A DNA stretch of 58,119 nt from a virus. Taxonomy: Duplodnaviria > Caudoviricetes. A model generated the notes under the pieces. The model searched no databases, was not told where the DNA came from, and saw only the letters and a list, made by a program, of their open reading frames with translations. Positions within the stretch are counted from its first letter, which is position 1. Each line of letters begins with the position of its first letter. Of the stretch, positions 19,617 through 29,699 are shown in pieces. Location: positions 1 through 58,119 of IMG/VR virus record IMGVR_UViG_3300042564_002254. One strand, 5' to 3'. The translations under genes were made by a program, and so were the position numbers.

Positions 19617-20042
19617 TTATAGGTAGCGAGCCACCGCATTGTAGGTGGAAGTATTTACTACTTCCTCATCTGTCATCTTGAGGATACGAATTGCGTTAGC
19701 AATTTCCTCTTTCTGACTTTCATATTCGTGTCTGTGTAGAACTACGAAATCCTTAGTTGGCTCTGTTGGCAGTTCCTTTTCTGATACTGCTAGGTCAAAG
19801 TCAATGTTTAGGTTGTTGTTCCAAGAACGATATGAAGTGCGGAAGTTGGTTGCCTTCTTGATGTTTGCTACCGCATAGTCAATAAGTTCCTTTTTCCACT
19901 TCTCATAAGCCTTCTGATACTTTGCTTCATTTGCTTCTTGTGAAGTCCAATCAACTTCTAGTTTAGCAAGTGCGCCTTCTAGTGCCTTGATTACCTTTGG
20001 TGTTGCGATTTTAACTGAGATTGCTTTACCTCTTGTTGCCAT
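19617..20042 (-). CDS. Hypothetical protein
   Basis: Own promoter at 20076. Confidence 0.7.
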   Translation of the reverse strand: MATRGKAISVKIATPKVIKALEGALAKLEVDWTSQEANEAKYQKAYEKWKKELIDYAVANIKKATNFRTSYRSWNNNLNIDFDLAVSEKELPTEPTKDFVVLHRHEYESQKEEIANAIRILKMTDEEVVNTSTYNAVARYL

Positions 20043-20139
20043 TGGGTTTCTCTTTTCTTTTGTGGGTTAGTTTCTATTATAGGGGGTGGGTCTGACAAGT
20101 TGAGCCTTTTTAATTCTTGCTCAGGAATAAGTAATTAGA

Positions 20140-20307
20140 TTACTTTGCTGTCCAAGTTGTCCAGCGTGTGTTGCCATTTACATCTAACTTAACACGAACT
20201 GTTTCGCCTGTCTTGCTAGGTGCGATTTCCAAGATAGTGCCTGTTACCTTTGACTTCTGTGAAGTGTAGAGGTCTCCGACCTTATATGTTGCGGTTGCTA
20301 CTGTCAT
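20140..20307 (-). CDS. Small hypothetical protein (55 aa, SH3-like pattern)
   Basis: MTVATATYKVGDLYTSQKSKVTGTILEI...; promoter upstream, pseudoknot downstream. Confidence 0.6.
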   Translation of the reverse strand: MTVATATYKVGDLYTSQKSKVTGTILEIAPSKTGETVRVKLDVNGNTRWTTWTAK

Positions 20308-20656
20308 TTGTTTCTCTTTTCTGTTTGTTGGGCTGGTTTGCCTTATGTATTAAGTATAGCAAAAAATCTAAGAAATAACAAATCCATTTCCAAATAATCT
20401 CAAAATGTGAGACATTATCTATGTGATTTGAGTCACTAGGTTTTGTGCGTATAATACAATTTTAGCAGAAAAATCTCAAAAATACAAATCCTGCCTCAAA
20501 ACCTGGGGGTAATAAAGATCATATCGTAAACCCTGCGTGTCGGCTTGACAAATAGGGGTGAGGCCGACGTCCCGTTTTTCCAGGGATTTATCCACTCCCA
20601 CCTAAAATAGAAATCATTACTATTAGTATCATTAGTAAATAGAACCAAGGACTCAT

Positions 20657-21391
20657 TTACTTTTTACTCGCAGAGAAAAGAATATCACTCTTAGAGTATA
20701 CACATAACTTACAAGAAACGCAAGCGCTACCCTTAGTAGAGATAAGGGGAATTTGTTTATTATTCTCAGGACACTTAGCAGCAGGTCGCCCGATCATTTC
20801 TTTCATATCTGCTTGACCTATAGCAAAGTTCTTAGCAAGATAAGCAAGGCGAACACCTTGATTAATTTTTAAGTCAACACCAATTTTTACATTCTCACTA
20901 TCAGTGCTAAAGTAAAGAGACAAGTTAGGAATATCCTTAAGAATAAGAGCAGCGGACTTTACGCGGGTATATACCCAGAATTGAACATCCGAATGCTTAT
21001 CAATAACTACTTTCCAGGCATATGTATAAGTATCATTAAAGAAATCTCCGTCCCAGTGGATACGGAATAACATCGGTGCGTCTTTCTTGATACAGTCAGC
21101 CTTGAAATCAGAAATCATCTCATTAAGTAAGCGGACCATAGTTTCGCCGTCTGCGTCTTTAAGCAAGGACCAATTGTGTAGCAGATTAACTTTTACTGAG
21201 GGGAATACTTTTTCAAGTTTTCCTGCGTAGCAAACGCTTTCACAAACACTAGTGGCACCAGGGCACGAGAAAGCCTTTCCAGCAGGTAGGCCGAATGTAT
21301 TTGCGATTGCTGCTTGCTTTCCATTTTTTGTGACAAGGTTAGCCACCTTTCTATCATTAGATCTTTTTAGTTTAAGTGTATTAGTAGTCAA
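20657..21391 (-). CDS. GP88-family protein (Cys-rich, actinophage gp88-like)
   Basis: FGLPAG..SCPGA...C...CYA, FRIHWDGDF, W.YTR, C..C..C. Confidence 0.75.
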   Translation of the reverse strand: MTTNTLKLKRSNDRKVANLVTKNGKQAAIANTFGLPAGKAFSCPGATSVCESVCYAGKLEKVFPSVKVNLLHNWSLLKDADGETMVRLLNEMISDFKADCIKKDAPMLFRIHWDGDFFNDTYTYAWKVVIDKHSDVQFWVYTRVKSAALILKDIPNLSLYFSTDSENVKIGVDLKINQGVRLAYLAKNFAIGQADMKEMIGRPAAKCPENNKQIPLISTKGSACVSCKLCVYSKSDILFSASKK

Positions 21392-24300
21392 GGCCTAGAC
21401 TCATTTCTAGAGCAATGTCCTCATTATAGGTAGCGGACATTTCTTCTAGTAAGCAATGAGTACATTTTTCTTCATATGCGTCAACGGCATTTTCTTGACA
21501 AGAGGGGCAAGTTGTTGAGTAGTACTCATCAAACATTTCATCTTCATACATATTGGCCATTAGGGGGTCTCCTTTGTTTTCTTTAATTCTATCAGTTGGG
21601 ACTGACATTTCCTACGGTTGTAGGCTTTCTTTGAAGGCACGGCAGAGGCGGCATTAGAGCGTCTTAACTCCATTAGCCTGCGTAGTTCCTCATTTGTTTT
21701 CTTCATATAGCAATACTAACACACATCTGATAAAAATGTCAAATCTAACTCGTGTGATTAAAATCACAAAAAATTTTCCAGCGCCCAGGATCGGGGAAAA
21801 GAAAATAAATCATCTTAAAGATATTTTATAGGGGTTACTGGTGAGTATCCCCAAGTTATCCACAGACACGCCCGACCGCGACGTCCAAAAATTGCAGATT
21901 TTTATTTCTGCAATCTTGGTTTTTATTTATTCTTTTTCTATTTCGTCTAATAATTCCCAAAGTACTGGTTCTAATTCTAACGCTACTGCGTTTAATTTTT
22001 CTTGTAGTGTTTTCATTTATTTAACCAACCCTTCGAACCATTGAGAGAATCCACCATTAAAGAAAACTTCCTCACCTTTGTGATTAGTAAGCGTTGCACT
22101 TACTAATTCGGTTTCGTCGTTAACTTCTAGAATCTCTTTAACAAGATAAGTTTCGTTATTGGAAATAAATATTTTTCCAACATTGATTTTATTAATTAGT
22201 GATAGTGACATTAGTTTTCTTCTTTCATTAGTAGGTATGAGTTGTTTAGTGGGCGAGAATTGTTAGAGAACATAGCCTCTACCATAGCCTTATTTTTTTC
22301 TGATTGAGCAATTCTTTTTTCTTGTTGCTCTTTAAGAATTCTATCAAAGGTACTCATTAGTCAAAGTATCCAAATTCTCCTATACAAGAACCACAGATAC
22401 CTGAAAATTCTTGTTCGTGTTTTTCGCAATAAGCGACTTTCTTTTTTTCATTAGTGTTAGTCATTTTTGACCTAACCTTTCTTAGTGAGAGTTTCTCACT
22501 TTCTTTATACTGAAAGTCTACCACGCAGGGCTGACAAATAGCCAGCGTGTCGAGTGGTCTGACTAGTCAAAGATTTGTGATAAACATCACATAAGTTATC
22601 CACAGGCTGTGGGCGACACGCCCGACCGCGACGTCGCATTTTTATTCGGGGAAGTGAATAAAAATACTTTTAACTATTCCTCATAGTCAATAAAAACATA
22701 CAACGGAATCAAATCAGTATAAGCATACTGAGTAAATTCTTTTTCACCAAATTCGTTTTGAGTTTCTACATCATAGTTATCTCCAGTAGAATCACTTATG
22801 ATAGAAATAACCTGAACGATATCGTTGTCAATTTTTATTAGATCATCAATCATTAACTGACCTGGTGTTATATTGTCAGCGTGTAAAAGTTCCATATCTA
22901 ACATTGTATCAGACATTTAGTTCTCACAATCCGAGCATATGATATCGCCATCAAATAAGTGATAGCCTGTTTCCTCATCTACCTCTATTTTACAACTCCA
23001 ACACTTTAGCATTATTCCTCATCTCCATACTCATCTGCTGGGTCAATGAACCAAGATAAGTGGTGCTGCTCAACAATTGCCCAAGCGGGTGCAGTAGTGC
23101 GACCTTTATAGGTTATGCCTTCTGGAAGTGCAATTGGCGTATCGCTTTCTTCTGCATACATAGCATCAATAGCATCAATGCAAGGTTGTACCATAGAAAG
23201 TGGTACGGGCGGATAGTGATTACCTTGCAAGTGATACGCTATCTGAGTTTCTAAATCTAATACTGAGTCTGCTAATCCAATTACTGTTACGCTTCCCATT
23301 TACTTACCCCCTACAATTCCTGAGCGATACAATATTTTTGTATGCATCTTGCCTGACGGCTCTGATAAATTAACTGTTCGGTATTCATTAGCAAATCCGT
23401 GGTCAATAAACTTTTGATAAACTTCCACGGCAGATAAAGCATCAGCATAGCGACCAACCCAATTAGGCTTATTCTCGCTATCGTTAGTAGTAGTTACTGA
23501 GTATAGGTATTCGTTCATTAGTTAGCCTCTTTCGTAGTAAATAGTGCGCCTTCATTAAGTAAGCCCACTTCCAAGTTAAATAGTTCATCAGGTGTAGCAG
23601 ACTCCAAGTCTACCCACCCTGCGCCTTCGTTGTCAATTCTAAAAATCTCTATGTATCCCATTAGTTTTCTACCTTTACTGCTACTGTGCGACATACTGTC
23701 TTTCCAAAGTTATTAGGGCGCACTTCTACCAAATAACTTTCGCAACCCTGATACCATACGGCTTTAGGGTGTATCTCTGCTGAGATAATTTCTCCAGTTA
23801 AAGTATTGGAGCGATACTGTGTTCCTACTAGTAGGTGTTCTATTGTATAGACATTTGCTGACATTTGCCAACCTCTTTCTTTTTGTTGATAATTCTATCC
23901 TACCATAGGGGTCTGACATTTCTGCTAGACACGCCCAAAGTAAATAGACTTTCTTTTTCCTTACTATGTAAGTCTAGCCTATTAGACAGAAAATATCAAC
24001 TTACTAGCCAGTAAATCCAAATAGTGAGACGCTCAACCTATGTGATAAATCTCACAACACTAAGCCTGTGGATAAATCTGTGGGCGACACGCCCGACCGC
24101 GACGTCCCAAAAAATTGGAAGCAGTTTTAAATCTTGCTTAGGATTTTTATTTATTTTTTAAGTCGTTCAGTTCGCAAAGCAACTGACAGTCTGCGAATTT
24201 CTTTTTCTAATTTAACATTGCGTTGCCAAAATGCGATCATCATTCCAACAGAACCAGCAAGAGCAATTACAATTGCGATTAGTGTTCCAGTATCTAAAAT

Positions 24301-26553
24301 CATTACACACCCGCCAATTCTTTATAGCAAGCAATAGCAAATTTAGTTGCGTCAAATCTTGGATTATCCGTTTCGAACATTAGAGAAAATTCATCTACCA
24401 AATCAGCAAATAGCATTTCCCCTTGTTCGTCAAAAACAGAGGTAGCAAAATAATTGCTAAGAATTTCAGCAGTGGCAACATAGTCTTTACGGGTCATCAT
24501 TATGCGACCACCTTTAGAATTGCATAAGAACCATTTTTATTTATGTCCTCAATTACTGGAGTTAATGCAGGCACTAACAGTTCCTTGAGCATACCTTCAA
24601 GCATTGCAATTTGTGAGAGTTCATCTAGTTGCAAGAATCGTTGAGAAATTGGATGGGTTTCATCAAATTCGGTTACGAAGTTTAGAGAGTGATTTACTTT
24701 TATCATTTATTTTATTTCCTATTCTTTAGTTTGAGTTTGTTAGTAAGCGAGTGCCACGAATTGTGCCACTTAGACCGAGAGTATCGCAAGCGATTTTTAC
24801 AGATACGCCAACAGGTAATTGAGTTGGGTAAGTTGATACGAATTGAGCAACCGCACCTTTAGAGGCAAGGTTGATTTTTTTAGTAGAACCATTAAAGGTT
24901 TCTAGTGTTACAGTGTAAGTCATTTTTAGACTTCCTTTCATTTTTAAGTGATAAGACTATCCTACCACTAGGGGCTGACATTTTAGGGCATTTATTCGCT
25001 AGGCTCAATGTGATACTGGTCACATTTATTTGCTAGGCTCACTACCTTATTAGTCATTATTTAATTGTTATAGTAGCAATACTAGCAGACCAAACCCAAA
25101 AAGTCAAGGCGACACGCCGTATAATTAATGTGATTTGCGTCACACGGGACGTCAAAAAATCGCAGTTTTTATTCTGCGATCTTTTTTTATTTATTTATTT
25201 TTTTGTATAAGAAATCCCAAGCCTTACGGCATAAAAGAATTGACTTACAGTTATCACAACAGATAACTCCGTGAGGGTTTAACTCAAGGTCATAGATGTC
25301 TATGCTAGTGCTAACCGCACCGCATACTGATTTAATTGATACAAAAGTACTCATTTAGTGTAACTACCTTTCTTAATTGCCTCATCTAGCATTTTTGCTA
25401 AATCAGGGTGAATTCCTAATGCTGGATTTTCCCAGTAGGTTTCTAATTCTAATTTTTCTACAAAATCTTTCATTAGTACTACTCCCAACTTCTAGTAGTG
25501 GCATACACTACGCTATTGCGTGGAGTGTATTCTATTTCTACTAGATTAGTTTCTAGTATTGTACCTGTTAAGGCTACGAGGTCTAAGTAATTGTTAGCCT
25601 CAATTTCTGAGTTAAAGATAACTCCTAGACAAGTGCTAAACTCTTTCATTAGAGGATAGCGTGGGTTAGTATCTAACTCCACACGATAGGATAACTTGTA
25701 TCCTTTTACTTTTAGTGAATTCATTGTGAATTCCTTTCTTTATCAAGAACCTTTCTTGATTTTCTTTATACTAGTATTCTAGCAGGGGGTACTGACATTT
25801 AGGGGTGTTTTTCGGGCGTGTCGGAAAAGTATTTTTGTGATACTAATCACATAGGTTATCCACAAGTTATCCACAGGCACGTCCCATTTTTGCAGGGGAA
25901 TTAAATTTATTCTTTTACGAATAAATAAAATCCACTTGCTAAACAGATCATAGAGAACCAGAATAGTGCGTTACCACTTACAAAAAATGTTTCATAGAAA
26001 TTCATTATGAATAAATCCTTTCTCCGTAGTATTCGTCAAAATCTTTTATAGTCATTAGACCTTTATACTCATTACAGAAACCACAAAACTTGGTTTCGCT
26101 AGAATAGATTTTTTCACAAAAGCAACAAATTAGTTTAGTCATTAGTTAGACACTTTCCAATCTGTCCACATAGGTAGACGCTCAGGGTCGGTATCGTTAT
26201 ACCAACGCTCTATATTCTGCTCACAATTTTGGCAGAAAGTAAATTGCTCATCTCCTACATTAGAGATAGCAGATTTCATAGGGTTATGCTCAACGCATTT
26301 TGTTATTTCATTTAGTGTTATCATTTTTGACAACCTTTCTTTTTTTATTAGTTAATTTTATTTTATTAAGTTTTTTTATTTTATTAGCAGTAGCAATACT
26401 CGTTATCGCAAGCGCAAGAGCGTTGCTCTGGAAGTGGTAAGCACATTACGCAGGTTTCCCACGCTGTAACTCTTTCACACTTAGAGCATTTTACATATCC
26501 TAAGTATTCGTTCATTAGAGGGCTATTACCCTGCTCAAATATTCTGTTAGTCA
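21381..26553 (-). other. About 20 small hypothetical early genes in 1-5 gene operons (e.g. 21381-21560, 22017-22211, 22674-22916, 23012-23299, 23300-23518, 23661-23864, 24303-24500, 24500-24706, 24726-24923, 25479-25724, 26142-26333)
   Basis: Each operon follows a repeated promoter cassette and an AGAAAG/AGGA RBS. Confidence 0.6.
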
Positions 26554-26748
26554 TTTCTGACTCCTTTCTAGTTTAATCACTTTGATTAACTTTCTTTATA
26601 CTGTAAGTGTAGCAGGGGGGTCTGACATTTAGTAGGGTATAAAAGGTATAAATCGGACATTGTGATGCGTATCACATATGATACAAGTCACATTGAGGGG
26701 GTGCGCTGAGCAGGGCTTATGTAGCAGGTTATCCACAGGTTATCCACA
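21856..26748. promoter_or_regulatory. DnaA boxes in intergenic cassettes
   Basis: TTATCCACA at 21856, 22596, 25856, 25867, 26729, 26740; reverse copy at 24067. Confidence 0.75.
21865..24106 (+). repeat. Identical 21-mer GACACGCCCGACCGCGACGTC x3
   Basis: Copies at 21865, 22615, 24086. Confidence 0.85.
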
Positions 26749-27085
26749 GGCACGTGCTATGTGATGCATATCACACACGACACGCCTATAGGGTGCTTGA
26801 CTTTTAGGGGTAGATGTGTTATTATACTAGTATAAGAAAAATTAAATAGAGATAAAAGGTTATGAGCCTACCAAATAAGATAACGAATTGTTATATGAGC
26901 GTAGCGAATAAGTAACCTAAATCACATATCCCACGCTCCACATAGTGAGACTACTGGTTAGTATACTAGACAGTACGGGAAATGTATGTTAGTATTACTA
27001 CATACAAAAAATTAAATAATAGAAATCCTAGTTGAGCCTCTGAGCCTACCAAATAAACCGATTATCGGGTGAGCGTAGCAAATAA
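24992..27085. repeat. Three repeat-hairpin-repeat units of TGAGCSTASCRAATAA
   Basis: 24992-25041 (-), 26863-26911 (+), 27041-27085 (+). Confidence 0.75.
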
Positions 27086-27658
27086 GAGCAAATAACACTA
27101 GGCAACAAAAAAGGTATCAAATAGATATCGCATTAAAAGAAAGGTTCACTAAATATGAACACTATATATAACGAAATAGCAGAAGAGTTTGGCTCATCTG
27201 CACTATCAGTAAATAACCCTACTAACTATGCATTGACACTACGCCAATGCGCTATTCTAAACGATAAGTATGGGTTTGATAAGGCTAAGGTTATCGTTGA
27301 GCGATATATGGCATTATCTAAGGTAGGTAAGTAAATATGAATCCATTTACATCAATAATTGATTGGCTAGATGAGAATGCAGACTATGCCCCTATAGGTG
27401 CATTCATAGGGTTAGGTATAGCCATAGCCCTAGCCTTTATTTTCGGGGGTAACTAATGAGCCTACCTATTATACTAATAGCCTTGTCAGTGCTAGGCACT
27501 ATACTAGTCCTTATCCCTACCATACTAGATAAGGATAGTGAATACTAATATGCACATATATCTATGCTCACAATGTAGCACCCTTGCGGTAGTTACACAA
27601 AAAGGAAAACAAATAACTATTAACCCCTGCTTATGCACAAAAGAAAAGAGATAAATAA

Positions 27659-27859
27659 ATGAAATGCCAAGTTATAAACTGCAAATCAACAGAGTTAGTC
27701 TATAGTGGAACAGATGCCTTTATGTTAGGCATTAACACAGAGACCTATTGCTATAAGTGCGCTAATGCTTATGCACAAATAGATAGAGTTATGTCTAAGG
27801 TAAGACAAGATTACCTAGACTCACTCACACCCGTATCAACACTTACTACATCTGACTAG
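27659..27859 (+). CDS. Small Cys-containing hypothetical protein
   Basis: CxxxxC...CxxC; first block of divergent (+) genes. Confidence 0.55.
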   Translation: MKCQVINCKSTELVYSGTDAFMLGINTETYCYKCANAYAQIDRVMSKVRQDYLDSLTPVSTLTTSD

Positions 27860-27866
27860 GAGATAA

Positions 27867-28157
27867 ATGTTTGATTGGTTTACAAATCCGTTTAGTGTAT
27901 TCTTTGATTGGTTAGGATATTTTCTAATCTTTGGTGCCGTAGTTACTATGGTGCTAGTTATTGGTGCAGTAGTCGCAATTCCTTTAGGACTAAAACTATT
28001 AGGTGTTGCATTTGCTAAAACTATAGTAATAGAAACATCTAAAGTATTAAAAGATTTAGGTATTGCTAATATAGACCTAAAACAACAAAAAGAAACTAAG
28101 CAAATGAAAGCGTATCTAGATCGCAAGGTGACCCCTATACTTACAAAAGTTAGTTAG
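27867..28157 (+). CDS. Hypothetical membrane protein
   Basis: AGGAG RBS, long hydrophobic segment. Confidence 0.6.
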   Translation: MFDWFTNPFSVFFDWLGYFLIFGAVVTMVLVIGAVVAIPLGLKLLGVAFAKTIVIETSKVLKDLGIANIDLKQQKETKQMKAYLDRKVTPILTKVS

Positions 28158-28397
28158 CCTCACCCAGTGATATTTATTAGGTGGGTGCCAGTATTAAGAT
28201 AAAAAATATTGGTACCTCCTAGTAAATAAAAATAAACTAGCATTAATTTGACATAAATAAAACAAGATCGCTTATGTGCTCACTATATTTTTATCCTGCA
28301 CTATTTAAAATACTGCATCATACATCTGAACAAAATATTCAGATTTTAGGCTATTTGAATTTACAAAATTTTTCAGATTTTGCTGTATAATGAATTC

Positions 28398-28586
28398 ATG
28401 GGAATATTAGAGAATCTAGAAAAAGCCTGGGATCCAGAATTCCAGTTTGAATCAAACCCTATACCAGAAACAGACAATATCGGCAGAGAAATGTTTTGGG
28501 AAGATTTGGGTAGACCAACAGAAGACTCATCCTTGGCTGTAAAATTATTTTCAGAAACCTGCTGCGCTGACTGTTCTTGCAAATAA
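28398..28586 (+). CDS. Small acidic hypothetical protein ending CCADCSCK
   Basis: Leaderless ATG after TGTATAAT. Confidence 0.5.
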   Translation: MGILENLEKAWDPEFQFESNPIPETDNIGREMFWEDLGRPTEDSSLAVKLFSETCCADCSCK

Positions 28587-28592
28587 GGTTTG

Positions 28593-28793
28593 TTACCACT
28601 TATCGATAGGACACTTTGCATCTTGAAGCGTTGTCTTTAGTTTCATAAAGCATCCACACTTTCTGCATTTTGCAAGGGACTTCTTAAACCACTCACACCC
28701 ATTACATATTTTTAAGCGGGACTCAATTAGTTCACGATCTGATCTTGGTTGATTAGGATCAAATAAGTCAATAAACCTAACATCATCTGACAT
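28593..28793 (-). CDS. DUF6171-like Cys-rich protein (paralog of 37868..38107)
   Basis: R..IC..C...C.KCGCFM..KT.L..A.CP..KW. Confidence 0.7.
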   Translation of the reverse strand: MSDDVRFIDLFDPNQPRSDRELIESRLKICNGCEWFKKSLAKCRKCGCFMKLKTTLQDAKCPIDKW

Positions 28794-28802
28794 ATTTAAA
28801 TA

Positions 28803-29699
28803 CTAAGCAATAATTTCTTTTTGCTTCAATAGGTCATAAATATTTGACATCATAAAACTAAGGCTTGGCTGGCTTTGTTCAATTTGCATCTTGATATCTT
28901 CTTCTCTTAAACCAGCCTGAAGGCCTAAAGCCAAGTTGTCCGCATTGATGCTATCTAACATAATCTTTACTGCTTCTTCTTTTGTCATATTTTTATCCTT
29001 TTCTTTATATCCAATTGTATCATAAACTCGTCTTTTTGCCAAATTGAACTGGTCTATAGAGGCATCGCTATATATCGCTTTTCTATTTTTTTCCAGGGCA
29101 GAGATAATGGTAGTCCCTGTTCCACCAAAGATATCTGCTACAGTATCACCCTCTTTAGAAAAAGCCTCTATAAGAGTATCTGATATTTCTTTTGGAAAAC
29201 CATCGTAAACAAATGCCGAATCCTGATATTTGGAGACATCGGTAAAAATCCAAGGCTGATCTATAACTAAACTATTTAGCCCAGGCACAGGATATTGAAA
29301 ATTTTTATCTTTACGTATCTGTAAAATAAGGTTTGCCATATATTGATTCTTAATTGCTAAATCCACTTTGCCGAAATGCCACATAATAATCTTATCAATA
29401 AAAAGGTTTGTATTTTTTATAATATCTGCAATACCTAAAATACCATCGTGGCAGTTTGGAATAATAAGAAGAATGTTTCCATCATTCTTGAGGGCATCTT
29501 CCATATTCTTAAGATATTTAATCATAGACTGACTAAACTCTTCTTGGTCTCTTAAATTATGTATTTGAAGGTTTGAGTCACCACCGTATTCGTTGTTATT
29601 TGTCATTTTAAAATACGGCGGGTGAATTAAAAAAAGATCTACGCTTTTTGGCGAAAGAAACACATCCCTAGCATCCTTATTATAAAACTCTACTTCCAC
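28803..29699 (-). CDS. N4/N6 DNA methyltransferase-like protein (beta order) with C-terminal extension
   Basis: HPPY catalytic motif precedes DIFGGTGTT SAM-binding motif. Confidence 0.75.
   Translation of the reverse strand: MEVEFYNKDARDVFLSPKSVDLFLIHPPYFKMTNNNEYGGDSNLQIHNLRDQEEFSQSMIKYLKNMEDALKNDGNILLIIPNCHDGILGIADIIKNTNLFIDKIIMWHFGKVDLAIKNQYMANLILQIRKDKNFQYPVPGLNSLVIDQPWIFTDVSKYQDSAFVYDGFPKEISDTLIEAFSKEGDTVADIFGGTGTTIISALEKNRKAIYSDASIDQFNLAKRRVYDTIGYKEKDKNMTKEEAVKIMLDSINADNLALGLQAGLREEDIKMQIEQSQPSLSFMMSNIYDLLKQKEIIA

Larger units (their letters stand above)
17521..24146 (-). repeat. Dispersed ~28-nt H-type pseudoknot element (6 copies here, a 7th at 4944-4974 +)
   Basis: 17521-17548, 18762-18788, 19306-19332, 19558-19585, 20101-20128, 24119-24146; stem-C-TGAGYA-W-stem'-A-rich-TGCTC with covariation. 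Confidence 0.75.
17383..26775. promoter_or_regulatory. CRP/GlxR-type boxes TGTGA-N6-TCACA (9 perfect, 2 near-perfect)
   Basis: Perfect at 17383, 21753, 22576, 24041, 25009, 25129, 25836, 26661, 26760; one mismatch at 20422, 26677. Confidence 0.75.
15704..27505. promoter_or_regulatory. 12 copies of TGTCAG-N10-TAnnnT (PafBC/RecA-NDp-type promoter)
   Basis: Minus strand 15704-15725, 17269-17290, 18615-18636, 19276-19297, 20076-20097, 21586-21607, 22515-22536, 23897-23918, 24959-24980, 25776-25797, 26606-26627; plus strand 27484-27505; spacer always 10 nt. Confidence 0.8.

Noticed and set aside
13436-20529. GGAAA...CGTAA as SigH/SigE/SigR ECF promoter
   Set aside because: The spacer of about 13 nt is shorter than the usual 16-18 nt and the -10 is not CGTT.
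17521-24146. Pseudoknot as preQ1 riboswitch or hammerhead ribozyme
   Set aside because: It sits at 3' ends, lacks the preQ1 loop consensus and the CUGAUGA/GAAA core; only the topology resembles preQ1-I.
24992-27085. Mini-CRISPR interpretation of the 16-nt repeats
   Set aside because: Repeats and spacers are too short, spacers are palindromic, there are only two repeats per unit, and no cas gene is in the window.
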